Below, piece by piece: positions 19,858 to 29,908 of a stretch of DNA of 64,000 nucleotides (position 1 is the first letter of the stretch; the number at the start of each line of letters is the position of its first letter). This stretch comes from Candidatus Hydrogenedentota bacterium (GTDB lineage Bacteria; Hydrogenedentota; Hydrogenedentia; Hydrogenedentales; SLHB01), in NCBI GenBank assembly GCA_045863295.1, contig BTWA01000002.1, positions 134,499 through 198,498 on the forward strand. Direction: 5' to 3'. The notes beneath the pieces are model-generated. The model was given only the letters and a program-made list of their open reading frames with translations, had not been told where the DNA came from and made no database searches. The position numbers and the translations under genes are program-made.

Positions 19858-21534
19858 TCAGCTTCCCTGAATCGCAGCTTGGATATCAGGGCCTTCGTGG
19901 AACCAAACCCTCCCCTTAACGCTGACGCGTTCGCCGGGCTTGGCATCGTCGAAAACCGGGTCGGAGTGAATGCACGGACACTTGGTATTGCCCCAGACGC
20001 GGCCGCAATGATCGAACGCGACGAGTATCCACCGGTCGCTATCTTTGGCTTTGATCGCGGCCACGGGGTCTTCCAGGAGTCGGCGTTCTTCGGATTGATC
20101 GTTGAACGCGGGTGCGCCCTTCAGCATCAGGCAGATCTGGGTGCGAAGTTTTGTCAGCAATTCGGGAGTGCCATTCTCAAGCCAAAGATCGAACTTGACG
20201 TCGTCCGCCGTGGGAGTGACCGTTGCGCCAAAGGCAACACCGTTGGGAAGCGTGCGCGAGAAGGCGAGGTCTCCGTCTTCAACGCGGGTCCAGTCGATGT
20301 TATCGATGAACTTGTTCTCTGCATTCCAGATCGTCGGCACGTGTGTGTGAGCGAGGTACATGAGGCCGAGGTTGCTGAAAATCGCCTCGGGCAAATCGAG
20401 CACGACATACCCCGAACCCTCCCACGGCGGAAAGATGGAGACTTTCGTTCCGCGCTGTGGATCGATCGCGCCTTCGAGGAATCCGATGCGGGGGTGGCGT
20501 CCGCCCGGGTAAGGCAGCACTTTAATACGGCCGTCGGCTGCGCGTTGCGCGGCGGGCTCGGCAAGCGCAGCGTGATGCTCCAGGTACGATTCCATCTCTT
20601 TCAAATTCAACCCCGTAACGAGCGCCGCTTCTTCAATTGAGTAGGCGTGGTGAGCCACCATATTCTGGATCCAATAATCGAGATCGGCGCGCGTTTGCCG
20701 CACTTCAACAGGCGACGCGCTGATCAAGTCGCCGAGCGCGGGATAGCGAACGTTCTTCATCGCATCGTTGGTGACGGCTTCCGCAGGAAGAAACGGTTCA
20801 AGGTCTCGCATGGCAATGACGTTGAATCCGCCTTGTTTCAGATGGTCCATGCATTGCTTGAAGAGTTCCTGCGTGGTGTGCACCCACGGATGCGCGATAT
20901 CAGGAATGCCGTGAAATTGAACGACCGCAATCTTCCCGTCGCGCGCGCGATCAACCACCGTCTTGAAATGTTCCACGGTCCAATTGGGATAGGCGTCGCC
21001 CGCCGAGGGAATCAACAGCGCGTGGTGAGTCGAAGGGTCGAAGAGTGCGCCCAACTGCAGCGAACCGTAGGCGGCCTCGGGCTGCATGCCCCGGCGCGCA
21101 AGGCGGTAGCCCGCCCCTTCCAACACGCGCAGCGATTCCGGCCCGAATGCATTTCCGGTCCATCCAAACGTAATCGGTTTGGGGACTCCCACCCGGCTCA
21201 ATTCGTTCTCAACAAGGGCCAGTTCACCCGCAAGCATGGAAGCGGCCTTGGGCGAATTGAAGCCCTGATGCGTCCACGAATGATTGCCAATCTCGAAGCC
21301 CATGCCGTGCAGTTGGCCGATGTCTTCCCACGTCATGAAGTTTTCCGCGTCGTTCATCCATCCGTGGGTGACAAAGAACGTTGCGCCAAACCCAAGTTCC
21401 TTGAGATAGGGACCCACAAACGTAACGTGTGATTTGACGGCGTCGTCAAACGTAAGAACGACTGTCTTGTCCGGGACCGGCACGGACGTTGCCGACGCGG
21501 CGAGACAAGCAATGGCGATGACAGACTTGAACAT
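19858..21534 (-). CDS. Secreted polysaccharide deacetylase (CE4/NodB) fused to a C-terminal domain of unknown function
   Basis: VLTFDDA, ATFFV, EIGNHSWTH, QFHG; signal peptide; GGAGG RBS. Confidence 0.85.
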   Translation of the reverse strand: MFKSVIAIACLAASATSVPVPDKTVVLTFDDAVKSHVTFVGPYLKELGFGATFFVTHGWMNDAENFMTWEDIGQLHGMGFEIGNHSWTHQGFNSPKAASMLAGELALVENELSRVGVPKPITFGWTGNAFGPESLRVLEGAGYRLARRGMQPEAAYGSLQLGALFDPSTHHALLIPSAGDAYPNWTVEHFKTVVDRARDGKIAVVQFHGIPDIAHPWVHTTQELFKQCMDHLKQGGFNVIAMRDLEPFLPAEAVTNDAMKNVRYPALGDLISASPVEVRQTRADLDYWIQNMVAHHAYSIEEAALVTGLNLKEMESYLEHHAALAEPAAQRAADGRIKVLPYPGGRHPRIGFLEGAIDPQRGTKVSIFPPWEGSGYVVLDLPEAIFSNLGLMYLAHTHVPTIWNAENKFIDNIDWTRVEDGDLAFSRTLPNGVAFGATVTPTADDVKFDLWLENGTPELLTKLRTQICLMLKGAPAFNDQSEERRLLEDPVAAIKAKDSDRWILVAFDHCGRVWGNTKCPCIHSDPVFDDAKPGERVSVKGRVWFHEGPDIQAAIQGS

Positions 21535-21859
21535 GGAATACCTCCCTAATCGGATGTACGGCTCGAGCCCCCGGTATGCCGAGGATTGAGAATACCTGAA
21601 TTCCCGGCGAATTCAGAGAACGGCCGCCAACGGCGGGCGGAGATCGGGTTCACTCATGAACGGAATTGAATTGTCTCCGGGATGGGTAGATAATTAGATG
21701 CCCAACAATTAATGTTGGCGCGGCGGCTTGGGGGAAAACGAGCCCGCCGAATTGCCCCGGGGATTTGCCATTTATCCGGACTTCCGGATGTCACTTGCGC
21801 CACAGCACACGGATTCGAGGGGGACTTGCGCCCGTGTCTGGCCGGGAAAGGATCTGTTC

Positions 21860-23287
21860 ATGAATACTTATCCAACCATAATTCAAGGAGGCATGGGAGC
21901 CGCGGTTTCGCATTGGCCGCTGGCGCGTGCCGTGTCCATGAAAGGGCAGTTGGGCGTCGTGTCAGGCACCGCGTTGGCCACCGTGGTGGCGCGCCGGTTG
22001 CAGATGGGCGATGCCGGGGGACACATCCGCCGTGCATTGGCGAATTTTCCGGAGCCGCGTCTTGGTGAACGGGTGATTTCCGCATGGTACCGCGCGGAAG
22101 GCAAGCAGGATAGCGAGCCGTTCAAGATGCATCCGATGTATACCTTGCATCCAGCACAAGAATTGCTGGAACTGACGGTGGCCGCGAACTTCGCGGAGGT
22201 CTATCTTGCAAAGGAAGGTCATGACGGTGTCGTGGGTCTGAACTTGTTGGAGAAAATCCGGCTGCCGAATCTCCCTTCCTTGTACGGCGCGATGTTGGCC
22301 GGTGTGGACTATGTGCTGATGGGCGCGGGCATTCCGATGGAGATTCCGGGCGCGTTGGATGCATTGGCGAAACACGATCCGGCTCGATTGCGGATACCCG
22401 TCGAAGGCGCGGAGAAAGGCGAGGAGTGCTTCTACGAATTCGACCCGCGGTCAATCGTGCCCCAACCGGCCGGTGATCTGAAGCGCCCACTGTTTTTGGC
22501 GATCATTGCATCGGTGTTGCTGGCAACGGCGCTCGTAAAGAAGGCGTCGGGCCGCGTGGATGGGTTCGTGATTGAAGGGCCAACGGCCGGCGGGCACAAC
22601 GCGCCGCCTCGCGGGCCGTTGACGTTGAGCGAAAGCGGCGAGCCGGTCTACGGTCCGAAAGACGAAGTGGACCTCGCGAAGATCAAGGAAATTGGATTGC
22701 CTTTCTGGCTCGCGGGATCGTGTGGATCGCCGGAGCGTTATCGCGAAGCGCTTGCAGCGGGGGCCGAAGGCATTCAGGTAGGCACCGCGTTCGCCTTCTG
22801 CGAAGAATCGGGATTTGTACCCTGGGTGCGGGAAGCGGCGATGGCGAAGATCGCGGATGGAACCATGACCGTGTTTACCGATCCCAAAGCGTCGCCAACG
22901 GGATTTCCGTTCAAGGTCGCAAGCATACCGGGAACGCTGTCGGACCCGGATCTATACCAGGAGCGCACGCGAATGTGCGACCTCGGCTATTTGCGGCAGG
23001 CCTACCGGAAAGACGACGGTACGATTGGATTCCGGTGCGCCGCGGAACAGACCGATCAGTTTGAAAAGAAAGGCGGAGACGCTGACGAGATATCCGGCCG
23101 GAAATGTTTGTGCAACGCATTGTCCGCGGCAGTGGGATATCCGCAGGTTCAAAAGGATCATTCCGTGGAGTTGCCACTGATCACGGCGGGCGATGATCTG
23201 GTTCATCTGGGCCGGTTCTTGAAGAACGGTGCGACTTCGTACACCGCCGCCGACGTGATTGCGACGCTGACGGGATCGGGCGCTTAG
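21860..23287 (+). CDS. Nitronate monooxygenase / FabK-like FMN oxidoreductase
   Basis: IIQGGMG, MGAGIP, EGPTAGGH, IQVGTAF, SPTGFPFK, Cys motifs CDLGYL and CLCN. Confidence 0.85.
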   Translation: MNTYPTIIQGGMGAAVSHWPLARAVSMKGQLGVVSGTALATVVARRLQMGDAGGHIRRALANFPEPRLGERVISAWYRAEGKQDSEPFKMHPMYTLHPAQELLELTVAANFAEVYLAKEGHDGVVGLNLLEKIRLPNLPSLYGAMLAGVDYVLMGAGIPMEIPGALDALAKHDPARLRIPVEGAEKGEECFYEFDPRSIVPQPAGDLKRPLFLAIIASVLLATALVKKASGRVDGFVIEGPTAGGHNAPPRGPLTLSESGEPVYGPKDEVDLAKIKEIGLPFWLAGSCGSPERYREALAAGAEGIQVGTAFAFCEESGFVPWVREAAMAKIADGTMTVFTDPKASPTGFPFKVASIPGTLSDPDLYQERTRMCDLGYLRQAYRKDDGTIGFRCAAEQTDQFEKKGGDADEISGRKCLCNALSAAVGYPQVQKDHSVELPLITAGDDLVHLGRFLKNGATSYTAADVIATLTGSGA

Positions 23288-25191
23288 CCCGCCAGGGCAC
23301 GAAGATCCGCGGCATCGACGACTTCAAGCAAGCCGAAGCAGTAAACCGGTATGCAGCGCGAGTACCCCGCGTCTTCCTGTATCAAGTCCTTGAACGAAAG
23401 CGGCGCATCCACAACGGCTATCGAATCGGACACGTCGGGATACACGGATCGGCTGGCCCATGCGGCGGTCACGCACGTGTACCCCTTAGCCTCCAATGCG
23501 ATGGTTTTGGGACGGAACGCGAATCGCGCCCATTGGCACACGGAAGCGATTTGCGCAGCCTCCAAGCCCAACAACCTTTCGTCCACGCTGCCTACAAACA
23601 TGGCGAATTGTTCGTTGTTCTTCTCGTGAAACGCCGCCTCTCCGATGAAGACCGGGTCAAAGGCCAACACCATGCCGCCTTCATTCAAAACCTGCCCAAC
23701 CCGTTCGGCCATCGTCGCGCGGCCTTCGTCCGCCAAGAGTACCGTGATGTGTTCGACCGGCAGTCCTTCCTTGCGCACGCTCGAGGCGGGAACCGTCCAT
23801 TCGCCGATGCGCAGTTTGTACGATCCGAACTCCACGCCTTCCTTGGTTTGAACAGACATCAAGGCCGGTTTGGCGTCCGGCGCCGATTCAGGCGCGCGCA
23901 GGACTTGCCTCAACTTCGTTCGAGTGGTTTCCGTCCACGACGCGAATTCCGGGGAATCCGGCGCGGGCGCGGGCGCGTGAGGCAACGGAGCGGCAATCTT
24001 GGCGGCGAGCGAAATGATAGTTTCATTTCCTTCGGGTACCCCGCAGTCCAGGTCTGCCCGGGTCAACACCTCGCCGTCGCTGGGCAGTTCCTCGTCCGGC
24101 GTATTGAGATTGAAGTGACGGTTCAAAAAGGCATACAACTGCTGCCGGTTGTCGAGCAAATAATTGTGCGTGCCGGGATCCGCGTTCTCGTGGTAGGCGA
24201 ACCGATCCGCCGCGTCAAGGGCCGCATAAAACGGCACGATGGGATCGTACACCGACGGCTTTGCGCGGTACGCTTGAAAACAACATTCGTCTTGCGCGTT
24301 GTAGAGAAGCAGCGCCGGCCGGGGCGCAAGCAATGCCGTGAGGTGCGTGTAGTCGGCTTCCCGAAGCAGGCCGGCAGGCACCTGTTCGAGATCCCCGATG
24401 TCGCTTGTAAATCGAATGCGCGTCGGTGTGCCGATATACCCCGCGTTGGGGACGGCCAAATCGACACGAGTATCCAAGCTGCTGATGACGATGGTCTGCC
24501 AGCCGCCCCCGGAAAGCCCAGTGACCGCCATGCGCGATGGATCGGCGTTAGGCTGGGCCTCGAGGACATCCAGTCCGCGTTTCATCGCGAGATAGAATAG
24601 CGAGACGCCGCTGACACCGGCCATGTCCAGGTAGGCGATTCGATCGTGTCCATACACCGTGCTCTCCAGTTCGCCCATGCGAAACCACTCGGGGTTAAGC
24701 GCAAGCACGCCCCGTTTCGCGAGGTTGATGCAGCGAATCTGTTTGTAATCCACGGCCTTTCCGGGTTCGCCCACGTGGCCATTGACGTTGAGCACGCTTG
24801 GCGCCGGCGCTTGGAGATTGGCGGGAACATACAGCAGCGCGGGAATCCACATGCCTGGAACGGCTTCGTACCGTAACTTGCGAATGGAGTAGAGGTCACT
24901 CTTCTCTATCGTCTCCAGCCACTCAATCCCGACCGGACCGTCGGTCCAGGACTCCGGCACGCCCCGCAGAATTGACTTCTCCAGCACATCCTTCCGGATT
25001 CGATCGGCTTCTTGCCGCCAGGTCTCGGCGCTGGAGGGAGGAGTCAACTCAGGAATTCGGGAAAGCACAAAGGCCTCCAATTCCACGCGGGTCTGATCGG
25101 GAGACAGGATCGGTTCGGCAAGGCGCGCGGCGACTTCTTCATTCAGTCCCGACAGCGCAATGATGATTGGCGCCAACGCAAACGAAAGCAT
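23284..25191 (-). CDS. Secreted alpha/beta hydrolase (acetylxylan-esterase-like)
   Basis: NVNGH, TGLSGGG nucleophile elbow, APRPAL, PGTHNY. Confidence 0.8.
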   Translation of the reverse strand: MLSFALAPIIIALSGLNEEVAARLAEPILSPDQTRVELEAFVLSRIPELTPPSSAETWRQEADRIRKDVLEKSILRGVPESWTDGPVGIEWLETIEKSDLYSIRKLRYEAVPGMWIPALLYVPANLQAPAPSVLNVNGHVGEPGKAVDYKQIRCINLAKRGVLALNPEWFRMGELESTVYGHDRIAYLDMAGVSGVSLFYLAMKRGLDVLEAQPNADPSRMAVTGLSGGGWQTIVISSLDTRVDLAVPNAGYIGTPTRIRFTSDIGDLEQVPAGLLREADYTHLTALLAPRPALLLYNAQDECCFQAYRAKPSVYDPIVPFYAALDAADRFAYHENADPGTHNYLLDNRQQLYAFLNRHFNLNTPDEELPSDGEVLTRADLDCGVPEGNETIISLAAKIAAPLPHAPAPAPDSPEFASWTETTRTKLRQVLRAPESAPDAKPALMSVQTKEGVEFGSYKLRIGEWTVPASSVRKEGLPVEHITVLLADEGRATMAERVGQVLNEGGMVLAFDPVFIGEAAFHEKNNEQFAMFVGSVDERLLGLEAAQIASVCQWARFAFRPKTIALEAKGYTCVTAAWASRSVYPDVSDSIAVVDAPLSFKDLIQEDAGYSRCIPVYCFGLLEVVDAADLRALAG

Positions 25192-25275
25192 GGTTTCCCC
25201 TCCCTTGCTGCGACCGGGGACACAATACGGCCTCCACGCCGGCCAGCGCAACGCGAGAGACACTTCCGCGAATCG

Positions 25276-26964
25276 TCAGCCCGCGTCCGGGTCCGCCGGT
25301 TTCGCGCCGTGCTTGACGTCGACAATGCGGCCCCTGAAAATACGGAGCACCCGCGCCACATGCGGATCGTTTGCGAGAGGATGATCCATTTCAGGTTGCG
25401 TTGCGGGCCTCGTGCGCCGTCCGTTGCCGTTCGGCTCTGGTTCCGGGTCGCTGGCCGGTCCGTCTTCAAGGACCGTATGCCGCAGATTGGCTGACCGTGC
25501 GCGCAACACTTCGTTCAGAGTCGCGACGTGCTCCGGTTTGGAAAGCACCTGCCGCGCGTGGGCATTGCCGGCGCCCAGACGCAAGGTCAATGTATCACCC
25601 TCGACCTGAACCGGGCGCGCCTGCGCCAAGGCTCCGCCGAGTTGCATGCTTTCCGCAGACACGGCCTCGGCCCAGATTTCCCAGAACCGCGCCAGATTTT
25701 TAGGTGTTACGGCGATGCGGCCGGCTGGCGCCGGGGATTCGGTCGCATCACCCGCGAAAGGGCCGGGAGGATCTTCGGTCCGATCCCCGGTCCGCGGTGC
25801 GGGAGGGGGGCCTCCCTCGCTCAACTGCGCCAGCTTCTCAAGCACGCTGTCGAGCGACACATCCACCGAGACTTTGGACAAGCGAATCAACTGGGTTTCC
25901 AAGGCGATCCGCTGCGCCATGTGCGTGTCAAAATCGCGGGACAATTCGGCGAACTGCTCCACCAACTTAATCAGTTGCGTAATCGAGAAGCGCCCCGAGA
26001 GTTCCTGCATCTCCGCCAATTCCGCGTCGGGCAGGGCCACGAGCGCCTTGGCGTCCGCCGTCTTGCAGACCAGCAGGTTGCGGAAATAATTCAGGATATC
26101 CTGCAAGAACTGCGAGAGATCCTTACCCGCGATGACAATATCTTCCACTACGCGCAGTTGCGCGGCGATGTCCTTGTCGAGCATGGCACGGCAGAGCCGG
26201 TGCAACACCTGCCAATCCACCAAACCCAGCACATCAAACACGTCCCGGTACGTGATGGTCTTACCACAATAGGAAATGAGTTGTTCGAGGATGCTCTCGG
26301 CGTCACGAATGCCGCCCTCAGCCGATCGCGCAATGGCATAGAGCGCTTCCTCGCTGCACGTCACCCCTTCCGAATCGATAATGCGCCGCAGCAGATCCTG
26401 AAGCCGTTCCATGCCGACGCGGCGGAAATCATAGCGCTGGCAGCGCGAGATGATGGTCGCCGGCACCTTGTGCGCTTCCGTGGTGGCAAGGATGAACACG
26501 GCGTGTTCCGGCGGCTCTTCAAGCGTTTTCAACAGAGCGTTGAACGCGGATCCGGAAAGCTGATGCACCTCGTCGATGACGTAGATCTTGTAGCGCGACC
26601 GGGACGGCACCAGGCGCACATTCTCGCGGATCTGCCGCACATCGTCGACCGTATTGTTCGAGGCGCCGTCAATTTCCATCACGTCGATGTTCGTGCCCGC
26701 GGCGATCGTCCGGCAATTGTCGCACTCGCCGCAGGGATTGGGCGTGGGTTTGTCCGAGACTTCGCAGTTCAGCGCCTTGGCAAGGATGCGCGCCGTAGTC
26801 GTTTTGCCGACGCCGCGCGATCCGATAAACAGAAACGCATGACCGATGCGGCCGGAGGTGATGGCGTTCTGAAGCGTCCGGGTGACGTGCTCCTGCCCCA
26901 CAACCGTCTCGAAGGTGCCCGGGCGCCATTTGCGCGCCAGCACCAAATACGGCGCATCGGCCAT
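25276..26964 (-). CDS. dnaX: DNA polymerase III subunit gamma/tau
   Basis: LARKWRP, GSRGVGKTT, CGECDNC, EIDGASN, IDEVH, NALLKTLEEPP, ISRCQ. Confidence 0.97.
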   Translation of the reverse strand: MADAPYLVLARKWRPGTFETVVGQEHVTRTLQNAITSGRIGHAFLFIGSRGVGKTTTARILAKALNCEVSDKPTPNPCGECDNCRTIAAGTNIDVMEIDGASNNTVDDVRQIRENVRLVPSRSRYKIYVIDEVHQLSGSAFNALLKTLEEPPEHAVFILATTEAHKVPATIISRCQRYDFRRVGMERLQDLLRRIIDSEGVTCSEEALYAIARSAEGGIRDAESILEQLISYCGKTITYRDVFDVLGLVDWQVLHRLCRAMLDKDIAAQLRVVEDIVIAGKDLSQFLQDILNYFRNLLVCKTADAKALVALPDAELAEMQELSGRFSITQLIKLVEQFAELSRDFDTHMAQRIALETQLIRLSKVSVDVSLDSVLEKLAQLSEGGPPPAPRTGDRTEDPPGPFAGDATESPAPAGRIAVTPKNLARFWEIWAEAVSAESMQLGGALAQARPVQVEGDTLTLRLGAGNAHARQVLSKPEHVATLNEVLRARSANLRHTVLEDGPASDPEPEPNGNGRRTRPATQPEMDHPLANDPHVARVLRIFRGRIVDVKHGAKPADPDAG

Positions 26965-27011
26965 CGTCACCCTCCGTTCGGCGGCGCCCACCAGTGCCAA
27001 GTCGTTGCAGG

Positions 27012-27240
27012 ATTCGGGAAAAATGGCCCGGGGCGGCGCCGGCAGCCTCGATCAGGCTTCCCTGCTTCACACGAAACAAACCACCTACGGCTGCTTCCGT
27101 CAAGACCTGACCGGGTTCGGCAGCGTTCCGTTGAGCAGGACCCAACCAAGGCTACCGGCTTCGCCCCCGGCGCTACAGCTTCCGCCGGACTGCGCACCCC
27201 GCACCGGCAAAAAACCGCGATTCTTCCCTTGGATAGGACC
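27012..27240 (-). ncRNA. ffs: Signal recognition particle RNA, probably large bacterial type; ends approximate
   Basis: Minus strand GAACCCGGTCAGGTCTTGACGGAAGCAGCC is the helix-8 SRP54/Ffh motif; long flanking helix; conserved position upstream of dnaX. Confidence 0.9.
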
Positions 27241-27408
27241 CGATACCGTACCATTTGGCGGCGCCGGCAGTCAAAGTCGCGCCGCCAGCGGACGTCTCGT
27301 GCAATCAACTGCCGGAGCGTGTATGGGAGCAAGGTCTTTCAGGCAAGACGGATTTGAGCTTCCGTAGTCCACGGTTTGGAAGACGCGACTTCACGCATTG
27401 ACAAGAAA

Positions 27409-28041
27409 TCACCCGCGATTCAGGTAGGCAAACGGCCCGCCCTTCAGCAATTCCGCAATGGGTATAGGTTCGGCCGGATTCCTAACGCGATCCCGCAACG
27501 GTTTTTCGTACCACGCAACATCACGCCATTCGCCAAGTTTGTATCCCACATGCGTAAACACGCCGATGGGCGTAAAGCCCATATGCGTATGAAGGCCCTG
27601 ACTGCCCGGATTCGGCACGGTGATTCCGGCAAATGCTTTGTAGTAGCCCTGCGCGGCAAGCAATGGCAACAGGACACTATAGAGCGCCTTGCCGCACCCT
27701 TTGCCGATACAATCCTCGCGCACATAGATGGAGACGTCCGTCGAGAAGCGGTAAGCCGCGCGCTCCCCATGTTTGGTGCCATAGGCATACGCCAGAATTG
27801 GCCAATCCACACCGGCATGGTGCTGCGAACCGGCTTCGCCCTCCAAGACAAGAAACGGATACTGACGGAGTATCGCTTCGATGCGATGTTGCATGTCCGC
27901 AACCGACGGCGGCTGCACTTCAAATGTAACCGGAGACTTCACGCAATACGGCGCATAGACCCCCAGTATGCCGGTAGCATCGTTTACGTTCGCCATCCGG
28001 ATTTGGGCTTTGGCAATCGTAGGCTTCAATTCCTCGGACAT
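27409..28041 (-). CDS. GNAT N-acetyltransferase (phosphinothricin acetyltransferase-like)
   Basis: VTFE, RAAY, SIYV..GKGCGKALY, AGITVPNPGS..H, VGYKLGEWRDV. Confidence 0.9.
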   Translation of the reverse strand: MSEELKPTIAKAQIRMANVNDATGILGVYAPYCVKSPVTFEVQPPSVADMQHRIEAILRQYPFLVLEGEAGSQHHAGVDWPILAYAYGTKHGERAAYRFSTDVSIYVREDCIGKGCGKALYSVLLPLLAAQGYYKAFAGITVPNPGSQGLHTHMGFTPIGVFTHVGYKLGEWRDVAWYEKPLRDRVRNPAEPIPIAELLKGGPFAYLNRG

Positions 28042-28340
28042 GCCCTTGCGTTCCTTCCCAAAAAAGTTCACGTGCAATCAACCCATGCAAGCGAACAACG
28101 ATAACGCAAGCCCCAAATACAATCCAGACCGCGACGCTGTCCAGTGCGGGAGTCTGTGACTTTGATCCGCATAAAATGCCGTACCGCAGGCCGCTTTTGT
28201 GGATGTGCTGTCTGTCTTGTAGAAGTATCTGCCGGAATGTGGAATAATTGCCGCCGGTCATAAATACTTGGAGGCCGGCCGCCGCAAGTCGAAAAGCGTA
28301 TGGCAGAGAATATGAGTAACTATTCTTTCCTTTACCGCGG

Positions 28341-29336
28341 TCAGTTGCTCGTAGAAAATGGAACATAGCCGTAAACGTTCGCGGGAACCTCAATGACCTC
28401 GTCGCCCGACTTGAACCGAAATGATACAACTTCCTTGAATACGCCCGGATTCGGGATAGATCGAAACGACACATCCACTGCAATGGAGTCATTAGCGTGG
28501 CCAGGCGATTCGCTAAAGGACAGACAACCGCAAGGGGAATTGGCATCCAAGAAACGAACTGCGTTTTCGCCGAACGTCTTGAAAAGGATGGACTGGGCCC
28601 TCTGCGGATTCTCAATTTGTCCAAAGGAGAATAATTGTTCAGCAGGTTCAACGGGTCTCATTACATAACCAGTCAGCGCGATTTCGTGTTGCCCTGAACT
28701 CGAAACTACAGTTGCCGTTGCGTCAATGGAACCGAAAGGCATGGCCGCGCCGGTTTTAATCGTTACCGTGGTTTTTCCATTTGTTGGACTTTGGCCTTTT
28801 GTTTCGTTTTCTGTGATCACAAATTCCGCACCAGCAGGAGAATCAACGACTACTTCGAAATCAGACGGAAGCATATCTACTGTAAATGAGCGTTCCACGG
28901 TAGATTCGCGGGAAAAGTGACCGAATGCAAGGATTTCTGGGAGTATATTTTGAATATAGCCTGTGATTGTGAGATCGACAGGGGGACCATTTTCAAAATG
29001 CACGATTGTAGATACGTTAAACTCGCCCGCCTTTCCCTCTAGATTCACTTCGACTGGAACCTCAAGTATCTGTAGCGGATAGACTGTGGTCCTTTCGACA
29101 TCCGCTACAGTGCATCCACACGTAGTCTGAACCAATGATACCTTTGAGGGGCGAAGCGACAAATTTCGTACTCGAAAAGTATGTCTGTATCGATCATTAG
29201 GCAAATCGATCATTCCTAAATCGTGCACACGTTCGCCCGAGATACGAGGGGCCTGCAGGAACAAGAGAGCCACGCTGGCGAAAAGAAAAGTCACTGCAAA
29301 CAGAATTGTCATCGGAGATCGGCGAGGTGACTTCAT
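28341..29336 (-). CDS. DUF1573 / Ig-like domain protein, membrane-anchored
   Basis: N-terminal TM; HDLG..HTFRVRN..TTCGCT; second SPCGC. Confidence 0.8.
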   Translation of the reverse strand: MKSPRRSPMTILFAVTFLFASVALLFLQAPRISGERVHDLGMIDLPNDRYRHTFRVRNLSLRPSKVSLVQTTCGCTVADVERTTVYPLQILEVPVEVNLEGKAGEFNVSTIVHFENGPPVDLTITGYIQNILPEILAFGHFSRESTVERSFTVDMLPSDFEVVVDSPAGAEFVITENETKGQSPTNGKTTVTIKTGAAMPFGSIDATATVVSSSGQHEIALTGYVMRPVEPAEQLFSFGQIENPQRAQSILFKTFGENAVRFLDANSPCGCLSFSESPGHANDSIAVDVSFRSIPNPGVFKEVVSFRFKSGDEVIEVPANVYGYVPFSTSN

Positions 29337-29435
29337 TTCTTGCCCCTGTAGTCAGATAAGGCAGAATTTGCAGTAAGTTTACTGTCCAAAGTACACACAA
29401 TCCGTAAATATTCAAGCAAGACCACCCAAGTACTC

Positions 29436-29473
29436 CGTTTCACGCGCATAGGCACGCCCATGCGCGTGAAACG
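29436..29473. terminator. Hairpin downstream of the Cys-rich gene
   Basis: CGTTTCACGCGCAT-10 nt-ATGCGCGTGAAACG, perfect 14-bp stem. Confidence 0.6.
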
Positions 29474-29496
29474 AATGTCCGGCATTCATGAACAAC

Positions 29497-29892
29497 TTAT
29501 GGCAAGCACGAAGCCCCGCTTAGGGTCGCAAACTTCCGTTCAAATGTGCCCTCGAAATCTCCACGTTCACAGAAGTACCATCCTTCGTTCTCCGGGTCCG
29601 GGGTGTCGCCAAGATCGCACTCATAAAGATCATGACAGGGCACTTCCTGGCTGCTGCCCTCGGCGTTGCAGTTCACCTGCCCAATCGCTGGCGTAACGCA
29701 ATATGGGATTTGCTGAAAATTATCTCTTTCCTTTGCATAGTGTTTGCATTCTGCGTCCCGATCGGTGCTCAAGCTTGAACACAGGAGTGCGGAGCCGCAC
29801 TGGTGCGGATCCACGGTAAAACAGTCAGCCAATGACACAAAGCAGGTTGCCAGAAAGACTGCCGAGCAAATTGCCAAAACTTTAGCTTGCAT
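29497..29892 (-). CDS. Small secreted Cys-rich protein (131 aa)
   Basis: AAGGAG RBS, signal peptide MQAKVLAICSAVFLATCFVSLA, 10 Cys in the mature part. Confidence 0.75.
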   Translation of the reverse strand: MQAKVLAICSAVFLATCFVSLADCFTVDPHQCGSALLCSSLSTDRDAECKHYAKERDNFQQIPYCVTPAIGQVNCNAEGSSQEVPCHDLYECDLGDTPDPENEGWYFCERGDFEGTFERKFATLSGASCLP

Positions 29893-29908
29893 GTTTTGAG
29901 TCTCCTTA

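Noticed and set aside
25528..27357. 609-aa plus-strand ORF and similar long antisense ORFs (e.g. 48280..50169, 1355..2578)
   Set aside because: These are shadow ORFs opposite well-supported genes, typical of high-GC DNA.
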